A stretch of 64,000 bases of DNA. It comes from Azolla caroliniana. Lineage: Eukaryota > Plantae > Polypodiophyta. The stretch is from contig JBHGNT010000020.1 in the NCBI GenBank assembly GCA_043228905.1, forward strand, positions 9,858,001 to 9,922,000. Direction: 5' to 3'. A program made the translations under genes and the position numbers. The notes below the pieces were generated by a model. That model was given only the letters and a program-made list of their open reading frames with translations. It ran no database searches and was not told the DNA's origin. This document shows positions 36,261 to 48,133 of the stretch, in pieces (the first letter of the stretch is position 1; every line of letters starts with the position of its first letter).

Positions 36261-39200
36261 ATGGCTTCTTGCAGGAACAGAGATGCAGAGGCACGCCTGA
36301 AGCGCTCTTGGAAGGAGTATTTCAAGGATCCCTCGCAATGGTGTGATAATCGACGCTCTAAAGTAAGTAGCCGACATTCTTTTCCTTCCAATTATGCGTC
36401 CTCTCACACATCTAGATGTAATTTCCCTGGTTCCACAATCCATTTGGACTTTTCAAGACATGAATATGTAACATATCTTTTCTCTCTCTTGCATTTGGGA
36501 CTAATTATATAGTTTTTCAGAAATGTTGGCCCTTGAATTACAGAAGAAACCACATGATCCCGACTTTTGCCACAGACTAACGAAGGAATGCTTATGGATG
36601 GATAGACCACACACCCCAAGATGGGTTAATGATCTGTTTAATCTTGCATTGGAGGAATGTAAGGACCTAGAGGTAGTTAGAGATGGAAAGAATCCTGTCA
36701 ACCTCGCTTCTGGGGAATCCAAAGCTCAATGGAATCTTGAGAATCCTGTGTCACAAGAATCTAAGGCTCAAAGGAATCTTGGGAATCTTGTTCTGGATGA
36801 ATCTAGGGTACTGCCAGTGGTTTTGAATGGAATGTATCTTGGTAAGGTTTGTGGTTCAGGGGAATTTAGGGTTAGAAGAAATCCAGAAAACCTCTCTTTA
36901 AATGAATCCAAGGCTCGAAGGAATCCTGAAAATCTCACTTGGGAGGAATCTGAGGCCGCCCTAGATGTCTTTCAGTATCGAAGAAATCTTGAACAACTCA
37001 CATATGAGAAGGGGCTCTCTCCATCAGATGTTTTTCTCAAACCACATTCGTTTGAAGAGCTTATACATATTGTGGATAAATGTAGAAAGGAAAAAGACAT
37101 AAATAATGCTCTATGCCTGCTTGCCTATGTTAGCGAAAAGAGGCTTGACATTGATTTAACCCTAGGAAATAGCCTTATATACGTGTTTGTAGAAGTCGGG
37201 AGGATCCGTGATGCAAAACATGTTTTTGACATGATGGAGCATCATGATGAAAAGGCCTGGAGCTTTCTCATTCAAGGCTATGTCAAACATGGAGAGCCAC
37301 AAAAAGCTCTCGCTTTATGTCAACGGATGCAAGAGAAAACCAATGATGCTTTGCAACTGAGCTTACACACATTTGTAGCCATAATAAAGGCATGTTCTCA
37401 ATTGAGAGACTTAAAAAGAGGATCAGAAATACATGAGCAAATTAAGAAAAAAATTATTCTTGAGAAAGATGCATTCATAGGCAGTACATTGATAGATATG
37501 TATGTCAAGTGTGGCTCCATTTTTCAAGCTGAAGAAGTATTTGACAAAATTCTTGTGCATGATGTTGTCTCATGGACTGCATTGATTGGAGGGTATGTTG
37601 AACAGGGCTGTGCAGAGGAGGCTATTAATCTCTTCACACAGATGCAACAACAAGGTGTTATTCCAGACAGTGTCACATTTGTTTATATTCTGAAAGCTTG
37701 TGGCATATTAGGCCCAACAAAGAAGGGATATAGACTTATCAAGGAAGTGTTTGAGAAGCTTCCATATGAACAAACAATATTCTGGAATGCATTGATTTCA
37801 GGGTATGTTGAACACAGGCATGCTGAAGAAGCATTGAGCTGCCTGCATCACATGAAAGACAATGGAATTTCTCCTGACATTACCTCTTTTGTTTGCCTCT
37901 TGAAAGCTTGTACCATTGTTAGATCCATCAATAAGGGTCATGAAATATATACCGAGGTATCCAAACGAGGGTGGGAAAATAATGTTTGTATCAGTAGCGC
38001 TTTGGTTGATATGAATGCTAAATGTGGTTTGCTTGCCGAAGCACAAAACGTGTTTGCTAGGCTTAAAGTCCGAGAAATTGTCTCATGGAATGCGTTGATG
38101 ACAGGACTTGTTGAACATGGACACAACAAGGATGCACTCAGATGTTTTCACCAGATACAAGAGGACGATGTGAGACCAGATTCAGTAACATACCTTTGCT
38201 GTCTGAAAGCGTGCAGCTCGACTGGAAACATAGATAAAGGTCATGAAATTCATGCTGAAATTGCTAGAGAAGGCTTGGAAGGAAGCATTATTGTTGGTAC
38301 TACCTTGATTGATATGTATTCAAATTTTGGTTTAATAGCAAAGGCATATATAGTGTTCGAGAAGTTATTTGTCCGAGATATTGTGTCCTGGAATACACTT
38401 ATCATGGGGTGTGCTGGACATGGGAATGCCAATTCAGCACTAAAATATTTTGATTACATGAAACTTGAGGGTATTATACCACATATTGCCACGTTTCTTT
38501 CTATACTAAAAGCTTGTAGCAGCTTAGGATGGATTGGTAGGGGAGAAGAAATACATGCTGAGATTGTTATGAAAGGTCTAGAAAGTGATCTTTTTGTTGG
38601 GAGCTCACTGATTGATATGTATGCTAAATGTGGGTTCCTTGAAACAGCCAAGAAAGTCTTCAACACACTCCCGAATCATGATGTGGTCTCTTGGAATGCA
38701 TTGATCGCTGGATTTACAGAGTATGGATGCATGGAAGAGGCACTAAACTATTTTTTGAAGATGCAATGTAAGGGTTTTTCTCCGGATGATTTCACATTTT
38801 CATGTGTTTTGAAATCTTGTGCCACAGTAGGTTCCTCTGAAAAGAGCCAAGAGTTGCATGCTGAAATTACAAGGAAAGGGTTAGAAAGGGATCTGATTGT
38901 TGGGAGCACTCTGATAGGTGCATATTCTAAATGTGGTTCATCTGCAGAGGCACAGGATGTGTTCACGCTTCTTCCTATTCGGGATGTGATTGCATGGACT
39001 GCATTAATGGCAGGATATGGGCTTCAGCTTGGAGAGACTGAAAATGCTATTAATGTACTGGATGAAATGATAAAAGAAGGAATTAAACCAAATTTGGTTA
39101 CATTTGTTGGTGTTCTTAACGCATGCAGTCATGCAGGTCTTGTAAGTGAGGGTGAGATTTACTTCAAAGAAATCAGAAATAATTGGGGCTTCATCCTAAC

Positions 39201-39453
39201 ACCAGAGCATTGTACATGTATGGTGGATTTGCTTGGTCGTGCTGGCCATATTGATAAGGCTATTTCACTAATAAAGAAGATGCCTTTCCATCCAAGTGCT
39301 GTTGTATGGCATAGTTTATTAGGAGCTTGTAGGAAGTGGGGTCATGTGGAGTTTGGGAAGCTTGCCTTCGAACATGCAGTATTTCTGGATGAAATGAATG
39401 CTGCAGCGTATATTTGTATGTCAAATATTTATGCCGAAGGTACCATAGAGTAA
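36261..39453 (+). CDS. PLS-class PPR protein with E extension (no DYW) and N-terminal OSB-type PDF motif: join(36261..36362,36544..39453), ~1003 aa; alternative start join(36038..36042,36275..36362,...), ~1000 aa
   Basis: Seven P-type motifs (xVxSWNALI) in PLS triplets and an E-domain end (VWHSLLGACRKWG...AYICMSNIYA). The GTAAGT donor at 36363 and TTACAG acceptor at 36543 join in phase 0 to give WKEYFKDPSQWCDNRRSK-KKPHDPDFCHRLTKECLWMD. Confidence 0.88.
36690..36955 (+). repeat. In-frame 42-bp (14-aa) repeat in the PDF-PPR linker
   Basis: GAAT anchors at 36715, 36757, 36799, 36862, 36904 and 36946; consensus ESKAxRNxENLxxx. Confidence 0.85.
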
Positions 39454-40166
39454 TGGCGGTAGAGTGCCTTTTTAGGCATTGAATTGTGGAAAAGCAAAAC
39501 ATGTGTACCTTTTTCTTACAACATAAGCTCGTTATACATTAACTAACTGCAGTTTGGCAAGGATAACTTCTCAGTGACTCATTCATCCATCTGCTGATGG
39601 ATTAAACCCTCTGAAAAGTGCTGATTGTACTTGTGGGGTCAATACAACACATACATACAAATTGCCCTTTGCACAGAATATGCTCTTCCCCATGAGTTTT
39701 CTCGTGTGTGTATATATATATATATACACAATAATTTGGCAACCTGGGAAGGTTCCCCTCTCTTTATTACTGGTATGGAAAATGAAGGTGGGTTTATGTG
39801 CAGTTCTGAACACGGGAATCAAGCCAAAACTTATCTTTGCCAAGGCAACAGCCATGAAAAATGGAATTGACTCACATCGCCAGATGTTATCTGAAAAGAG
39901 CATATATAGGGAATTGTTCATTCAATAAAAGATTTCTTGATATTGGAAAATGGCAGTGATTTTATTGATCCAAGTAAACCCTTCCATCTGTCACTGGAGT
40001 AATATTTATGTTCCATCTTGTGTCAGCAAATTAAATTGTTGTGCTAGTAAGGTTCCAACAGTTGACATGATTGAAGAGAAAGCTTTGAAATCTAGTGCCA
40101 AAGCTTTTTATGCAGCTCCACAATGCATGTGCTTGGCAAATAACAGAATGCCATTGTCACAAGTAG

Positions 40167-40449
40167 TAATCGGCAACGGTTTGGTTTCAGCTTAACCTGT
40201 TTGGCCTTGTCCAAACCAAACTGGTTAAGGCTTAACTGAGTTGGAAGTTTTCAAACTTGAACCGAACCGGTTTAGGAACCAGTTGGCTAAACTGATTAAG
40301 CCTTAACCGGTTTGGCCCAAAATAGTTCGGATTGGCTTGAGCCTTGCCAAAAAACCGGTTTTGGAAGCTCAAGCCTGAACCAAGCTGAGCTGTACCACCA
40401 AACCATTTAAAAACGATTCAATGACACAATTTAGGCTTGAGCCGAGCTG
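40167..40449. mobile_element. AACCG/CGGTT-rich repeat, downstream copy in the same orientation as 35217-35578
   Basis: AATCGGCAACGGTTTGGTTT matches AATCGACAACGGTTTGGTTT; a further ~85-bp block is colinear. Confidence 0.6.
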
Positions 40450-40629
40450 TTGCATATTCCCAGACACAAGAATTGTTTCATTTTGTTCCTCGCAACCATG
40501 GATGTCTTTAAACTATGTTACCAATATTCAGATTTGGCATTTATTTGTGTATGTGCATTTGTGCCCTAGAACACATATGTGCTATTATGCTAGAACATTT
40601 CCTAAATTAGCAGCCTAATTTCTCTCTAG

Positions 40630-41500
40630 AAATTGTGTTCCTACACATACTTAGGAGTAACATTTATAGGGCCTAGGTTCTCCTTATGGGAATTGCTTGT
40701 GCCCAACTTTCTCGTGGATATCCAACCCTTGGTGCTCTTGAAAGACAATGTGCACATTTGCAATTCTAAGAGGCATGAACTAAGTTGTGATTATTTGATA
40801 CACTTGTCACACCAACTCTTCTCTATGGAGTAGAAACGTGGGGATTGAGTCTTAATGAATCAAATCATTGGAAAGATTTAGAGAGGCCTTTAGAGTCAAT
40901 GATTTCCTGCATGCTAAGGATCAAAACCTAGGTGCCTCATGATATAATTCAGGCAGAGATAGGAGCTGCCACTATAATAATTGAGGCGTTGTTCTGATCA
41001 ATGACTTGTAGCCAATGTCTTTGGGCGCTTTCTTAAACGAAGGTACCCAAGGTTGGCGCTTATGTCATCAAGACAAATGGCTGAAAATGGAGACATTCTT
41101 TGTTGGTAAAATGGAGCTATGGTTCAAATCACATGGCATAATAATAAATGCACTACCCCTATTCCTATAGCTTGGACTGCCCCCATCCTAACATGTCCAA
41201 AGTGGAAAAGAATAGAGTGATCTAAACGAATAGTATTAACTTGGCACTTATGTAATCAAGGCAAATGGTTGAAAATGAAGACATTCATTGTTGGTACATG
41301 CTGAAATGCAGCAATGGTTTGAGTCACATGGCATAAGCATAAATGCACTACTCCCATTCCAATATAGCTTGGATTGTCCCCATTTAAACATGACAAAAGT
41401 AGAAAAGAATAGAGTGACCCGAACTGGTATTATTAATTTGGAAACAAGATAACAAGGATGGACTCATCATCATGCCACCTTATATGGACATACATTAATG
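40630..41500 (+). mobile_element. Decayed non-LTR retrotransposon ORF2 C-terminal fragment, same type as 27300-30259, with an internal ~190-bp tandem duplication (41053-41440)
   Basis: YTYLGV and LFDTLVTPTLLYGVETWG motifs; duplicated TTGGCRCTTATGT..CAAG.CAAATGG block. Confidence 0.72.
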
Positions 41501-41745
41501 ATGTGTAAAGATTTACGTGCGGAAGCTAAACAGAACACAACCGTCTTAGCCGGACCACAACAGAGAAACATAGAGAAGAAAACAGAAATACAATAAGCGG
41601 GAGAGACAGAGAGAGCAGAAGACTAAAACTCAATTCAAAATAATATGCGTTTTGTACATACAAATGTGCTCAAAAGGCACTTTTATACAAGTCCTTAAAG
41701 GACTAATAGAAGTATTGACAAGTACTTCAATGCTCATGAAAGAGC

Positions 41746-44700
41746 TGTTGAGAAATCGTTGCGGAAATTTAATTCACAATGAACAGACAATGCTGAAATA
41801 CGAATTACAGAAATGCCAAAAAAACAAGACACACAACAGTGCACAGAGATTTACGTGGAAACCCTAAAACGGGGAAAAACCACGGGTGAACAAATTCTTC
41901 ACTATAGTATAGTGGATATACAATACAGAGATGATTACAACACTCTGTCGAGTGTATCGGCCGCACAGGGCTCTTCACGTTTGCTGTTACACACACAGCT
42001 GTGGCGCGACTCTCACTTCTCTCTCACTCTCTGTCATTCTGTTTCTATTGTTCTAACTCTGTTCATCACACACTAAAGTTTGCCCTAGTTGCGTATATAC
42101 TTACACAACCTTCTGGCTATTTACATACCTAGCCCTCATGGGGTGCACATTGAGACTATTTACAAGTGTAGTCTCCTGAGTTGGCTATATACACGATTCT
42201 AGCTTCGGCCTCGGCCAAGTCCCTCATCAACTCGGCTCCTCTCTCTCCCCATTCGGAGAGACCTGTTTCCTAACATCATCATTGTTATTACCATAATAAT
42301 AATAGTCGAATTCTCAAACAGTCGACTCACTGTTTTCGACTCTTCGACTGTCGGCTTTCCGAACAGTTGGCTCTTCCTTCCACTGTAGGGACATATTCCC
42401 AACAAACTCCCCCTTCACTCTTGTGGGAGGAAATATGTCAGTCATGTATTTTGTTGACAGACTCTGAGTCTGTCCATAGGTAGGTTCTTCGTCAACATGT
42501 TGGATCCATTGTTGTCAGTATGGATCTTTACAAGAGCAAACTCTCCATCTTCGACTCTCTCCCGTAATTAGTGATACCTTCTCTGTATGTGCTTGGTCCG
42601 GGAATGGTATGCCGCGTTCTTGGCTAGGTGTATGGCGCTTTGGCTGTCACAGTGAAGCAAGAACTCCTTTTGCTTTATGCCTAGTTCGGTGAGAAAATTT
42701 CTCATCCAAATCAACTCTTTTCCGGCTTCTACCGCTGCCATATACTCTGCCTATGTAGTCGATAAAGCTACAGACTTCTGCAGTCGTGACTGCCATGACA
42801 CTGCTCCCCCTGCATAGGTCATCACGTATCTTGACATGGATCGGCTCGAGTCGGCATCTCTTGACATGTCCGAATCGGTAAAACCTTCCAGCACAGGTTT
42901 TCCGACACCATACCTTAGGCACACCTCCGAGGTGCCTTTCAGGTACCTGAGTATCCACTTCACCACTGCCTAGTGTTCTCTCCTTGGATTACTCATATAT
43001 CGGCTTACTGCTCCTACAACAAATGCTATGTCCGGTCTCGTACAGACCATAGCATACATTAGACAACCGACTGCAGAGGCATATGGAACCTTTTTCATCT
43101 CAACGTTTTCCTTCTGCCCTCTCGGACACTGCTTCGCATTCAATCTGCAATTTGTCGGCAACACGGAGCCGACCGGCTTTGCATTCGACATGTTGAACCT
43201 CTCTAGGATCTTCGTCACATACTTCTGTTATGACAACCATAACACCTTCCGAGCTCTGTCTCGGGTTATGTGCATTCCTAGGATTTGCTTTGCTGGTCCA
43301 AGGTCTTTAATGGCAAATGACTTGTCGAGAGCTTTCTTTAAGCTTCCAATCTTCCTTGTGTCTTGACCGACTATCAACATATTGCAAGAGAATCAAGAAA
43401 TCTCCTTCCTCGTACCTTTTGACGAACACACAGTGATCGTCCTGTGTTTTCTGGAATCGATGTTCCATCATGAAGGACTCGAATTTCTTGTACCATTGGC
43501 GTGGAGCTTGTTTCAGTCCGTACAAGCTTTTCCTCAGTCGACACACCAGATTCTCTTTCCCTTTCTCCTCAAAGCCTTCGGGTTGCTGCATGTAGATTTG
43601 TTCGTCCAACTCTCTGTGCAGAAATGCAGTTTTGACATCCAACTATTCGATCTCTAGGTCCATGTTGGCCGCTATGCTCAGAACAGTTCATATGGATGTC
43701 ATCTTCACGACGCCCTTCCTCTGTTGGAAACCCTTCACCACTATGCGGGCTTTATACCTGGGCTCGCTGTCGACTTCTCCAATCTTCACCTTGTAGACCC
43801 ATTTATTCCTAAGTGCTCTCTTACCTTTCGACAACTCTACTAGGTCGTAGGTGTAATTCACGTGCAAGGATTCCATCTCTTCTTGCATCGCGTTTAGCCA
43901 TTTTTCTCTGCTCTCGTCGGCAGTGGCTTTTTCATAGCACTCCGGTTCACCGTCATCAGTCAAGTGGATGTATTGACTGGCATATGTAATCGGTGCCTTC
44001 CTTTCTCTGAGTGGGTACCTTCATCCACTCGCTGTTGGCTCTCTTCCGGATGTCTCTGTTAACTCTTCTCTTTGCTCGGGATTCTACTCATCAATCGGCA
44101 TCTCCAGGTTGGACAATTCCAATTTATATTCCTCAATTGATTTTAGCAAGTCTGCCGACTCTGACTCATAGTCTGTCGGTCTTTCCGAGTCGACCAACTC
44201 AGATTCGACTCTGTCGGCCAGATGTCTCCTTACAGTTGTCGGTGACGACTCACTTGGCCTTAAGTCGATTGTAGTCGAGGTTGACTGGGGAGTCGGTTCC
44301 GACTTCTGTTGCTTCCAGTCTTCAATTGTCTTATCTTCAAGAAAGACTACATCCTGACTTCTCACTACCTTCTTATCAACTAAGTCCCACAACCTGTAGC
44401 CGAACTCATCTTCCGAGTATCCCATGAATATGCATGCTTTCGACTTGTTGTTGAGCTTTGACCTCTGATCCTTTGGTACATGCATATACGCCAAACATCT
44501 GAACACCCTCAGGTGTTGGTAAAAGACATCCTTCCCTGTCCACACCCTTTGTGGGACATCACCCTTTAATGGCACTGAGGGAGACCTGTTGATCAGATAA
44601 ACGGTTGTGTACATCGCCTCAACCCAATAGGATTTCGATTCATCCTCTCTACAAGCCCGTTTAATTCTGGGGTCTTTGGCATTGTGTATTCGATCCAAAT

Positions 44701-47100
44701 ACCTTGGCACTTGCAGTATTCTTCGAATTTCCCTTTGTACTCGCCACCGTTGTCGGTTCGGACAACTTTTAGTTTCCGACTCGACTCTCTTTTGGTTCTT
44801 GCTTGGAACTCCTTGAAAACCGAAAGTACTTGATCCTTCGATTTCAGTACGAAGGCCCATGTCTTCCGACTATAGTCATCAATAAACATTACAAAGTACT
44901 GTCCTCCTCGATGTGATGGAGCATCCACATAGCACACATCCGTGTGCACTAGTTCCAGTGCAACTTCTCTTCTCCTCGGTGGTCTCGTGTGGAATGTTGC
45001 CCTGTTCTGCTTTCCGGCTAAGCAGTCGACGCACTTCTCTAGGTGCACTCCTTTTACTTCTAGTAGAAGTTTCTGGTCGGCTAACAAGTGCATTCCCTTC
45101 TCACTCATGTGGCCTAGCCTCTTATGCCATATCTCACCTGCCGAGTCGGCTGCCACATTTACTTCTGATTTGCACAATCGGGCATGCATCATATACAATG
45201 TGCCTTCTTTCTGTGCTCGGGCCACTATAAGATTTCCTCGGCAGAACTTCCACTTGCCATTCCGAAAACTACCACTGTAGCCTTCGTTGTCAAGCCTTCC
45301 AGTCGATATCAGATTCAATCTGATATCGGGGACATGTCAAACATCCTTCAACGTTAGTCGACACCCTGTCGACGTCGTTTAACACACACTTCCGACTCCG
45401 GTTATCTTGCACTCTCCACTATCACCCATCTTTACATAACCATGATCTCCGGCTATGTAAGTCGAGAAATACTCTCTCGACGGAGTAATATGGAAGGATG
45501 CGCCGGAGTCGATCACCCACGTCCAATCTTCACTCGCAAGATTTGCACTCGTCTGTTCACAAATGAATAGGAGTTCTTCATTGCTCGTAGCAATGACCGA
45601 AGTGTTCATCTCATCCGAAATCTTTTGGGGTTCGACATTATTTCTCACACTCTTGTCTTTTCTCATGTGTCGGCAGTCCTTCTGGAAGTATCGAGGTTTT
45701 CCACAATAAAAGCACACAGGCTTACCTATGGACTTCGATCTGGCGTGGTATTTGTCCGTTTGCTGTGGACTCCTTCGCTGGTCCCTTCCTCTGGCCATAT
45801 GTTGAGTCTGATTCGACTCCGTTTGGGATAGGACTCCTTTGTCTTTCCTCCTTGCCTCTTCATTTAGGATGCTTGTCTTCACCGTTTGTAAAGACAAGTT
45901 CTCTTCTTGACAGGAGGGGTTGAGAGTGACCACCGGATTCTCCCAGCTTTTCGGTAGTGTGCACATCAGCAGGATGGCCTGCATTGCATCATCGAGGGGA
46001 AACTTGGTTACAACAAGTTGATTTACAAACCCAATGAATGTGCTGATGTGTTCGACGATGCTCTCACCGTCTCTGTATTTCAGTCGTACGATTTTCCTCA
46101 TCAACGAGGTTCTGTTTAGCTCTTTCTTCCTCTCATAAAGACCCGACAGCTTCTGCCACATCTCGTGGGCATTTGTGTCGTTCGCCACATGCTGAAGGAC
46201 ACTTACATCGACACATTGTTGGGTTGTGGCCACTGCCTTCCTATTTAGAAGCTTCCAGTCTGACTCCAATACCCCCTTGGGTATTTCTGCTCTGTCGACT
46301 GACTCGTACATGTCTTTAACTATGAGAAGGTCTTCCATCTTTATCTTCCAGTCTGCATAGTTCTGTGAATTGAGAACTATCATACCTGGGAATCCGCTCA
46401 CACCTCCTTCCATGCTTGCACCTCAAGCTTTGATACCAGTTTGTTGAGAAATCATTGCGGAAATTTAATTCACAATGAACAAACAATGTTGAAATACGAA
46501 TTACAGAAATGCCAGAAAAACAAGACACACAATAGTGCACAGAGATTTACGTGGAAACCCTAAAACGGGGAAAAACCACGGGTGAACAGATTCTTCACTA
46601 TAGTATAGTGGATATACAATACAGAGATGATTACAACACTCTGTCAAGTGTATCAGCCGCACAGGGCTCTTCGCGTCTACTATTACACACACAACTATGG
46701 TGTGGCTTTCACTTCTCTCTCACTCTCTGTCATTCTGTTTCTACTGTTCTAACTCTGTTCATCACACACTAAAGTTTGCCCTAGTTGCGTATATACTTAC
46801 ATAATCTTCTGTCTATTTACATACCTAGCCCTCATGGGGCGCACATTGAGACTATTTACAAGTGTAGCCTCCCGAGTTGGCTATATACACGATTCTAGCT
46901 TCGACCTCGGCTGAGTCCCTCATCAACTCGGCTCCTCTCTCTCCCCATCCGGAGAGACCTGTTTCCTAACATCATCATTATTATTACCATAATAATAATA
47001 GTCGAATTCTCAAACAATCGACTCATTGTTTTCAACTCTTCGACTGTCGGCTTTCCGAATAGTCAGCTCTTCCTTCCACTGGAGGGACATATTCCCAACA
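41746..47100 (-). mobile_element. Complete but decayed Ty1/copia element E (Tnt1-like), 5355 bp
   Basis: 659-bp LTRs at 41746-42404 and 46442-47100, about 37 mismatches by hand count, almost all transitions. TSD AGAGC at 41741-41745 and 47101-47105. PBS TGGTATCAAAGC at 46427-46438; PPT after 42404; fragmented gag-pol. Confidence 0.96.
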
Positions 47101-47692
47101 AGAGCCTCTAACACCAACTCCCAAAAATATAACTACCTACTAAACTAGGATCATAGGCCTCTAACGGCCTGCTGCTCTTCGGTCTTATCCGGGCCTAGCC
47201 GATCGGTCTTCATCCGATCCGGCTCTCGACTTATTCAGTCGATCCGGCCAATGTTGAACTTGCTTCTCAACACTCCCCCTCAAGCTCAACTTGAGGTTCC
47301 TCCTGCTCTACTAGTTCCTCACCTCGGCTTCTCCTGGTACGCGCTCCTCGACCCATCTGGTTTTGCGCTCTTCGACCTCCTCGGTCGACTTGTTTGCTCT
47401 TTAGGCTCTTCTCAACTTGCTCGTTGTCACAGTATTGGCGCCGCTCGACCTAATCCTCCGTTTCGGTGTAGACTTCGTCTGCACTCTCGTCCACTTGGCC
47501 TCTATGCAATTCGGCTCGTCCGAATCAAACCACTTGACCGAATCGGCTGTCTCCGATTCATTCCCACTCTTGTCCGAATTGGCTGTCTCCAATTCATCCT
47601 CCTTCTTCAGGCCCTTGACCTCATCCAACCATGTCCTTGTCCTGCTCCACTTCCCGCTCACCCTTACACTACGCTTTCGAAAAGGCGGCCGT

Positions 47693-48133
47693 AAAGGGGA
47701 GGATAATGTCACGACACAATGACATCAAATACATAGTTGGTGAGGATTGAACCTACAACCATTTTGATATAAGCATGCATATAATAGTTTAGTATTCTAT
47801 AGTCTAGCATATAGTACATTTTCGAATTAGATTATTCTAGTCGTTAGTATATGCTAGAAATATTGTACGGTATATTATATTTTTCGAGTATATTCTAGAG
47901 ATATTCAATCTCGGAACTTGTATAAATAATTGTAACCTCCTTGGTCCTTTTCAAGGGATTCAACACCAGTCATTCACACATCAATATAATATTCTCGTTT
48001 CACCCCATCTTGTCTCCTTGATCTTCATCTCTGTCTTCATTCTCTTAATATGTCGTTCCCAGCTTCTTAAGTTCCATGCTCTTAGCCCATTATCCGTGCT
48101 CTGTCCGAGTCCGCATTTGGTGTGTTCGTGACA
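47693..48133 (+). mobile_element. Orphan 3' LTR (47707-48133) with PPT, probably gypsy, inside element D
   Basis: TGTCACGA...TCGTGACA terminal inverted repeats, preceded by the purine tract AAAGGGGAGGATAA; TATAAATA inside; flanks do not form a TSD. Confidence 0.75.

Noticed and set aside
36523-36543. ATG at 36523 as the PPR start codon
   Set aside because: It lies inside the predicted intron and would cut the PDF motif in half.
39583-40195. Short ORFs downstream of the PPR as a DYW exon or another gene
   Set aside because: No deaminase motifs, they run through a TA microsatellite, and the region is most likely 3' UTR.
47707-48133. Solo LTR
   Set aside because: The flanks GATAA and TATTG are not a TSD and a PPT precedes it, so it is a 3' LTR left by a deletion.
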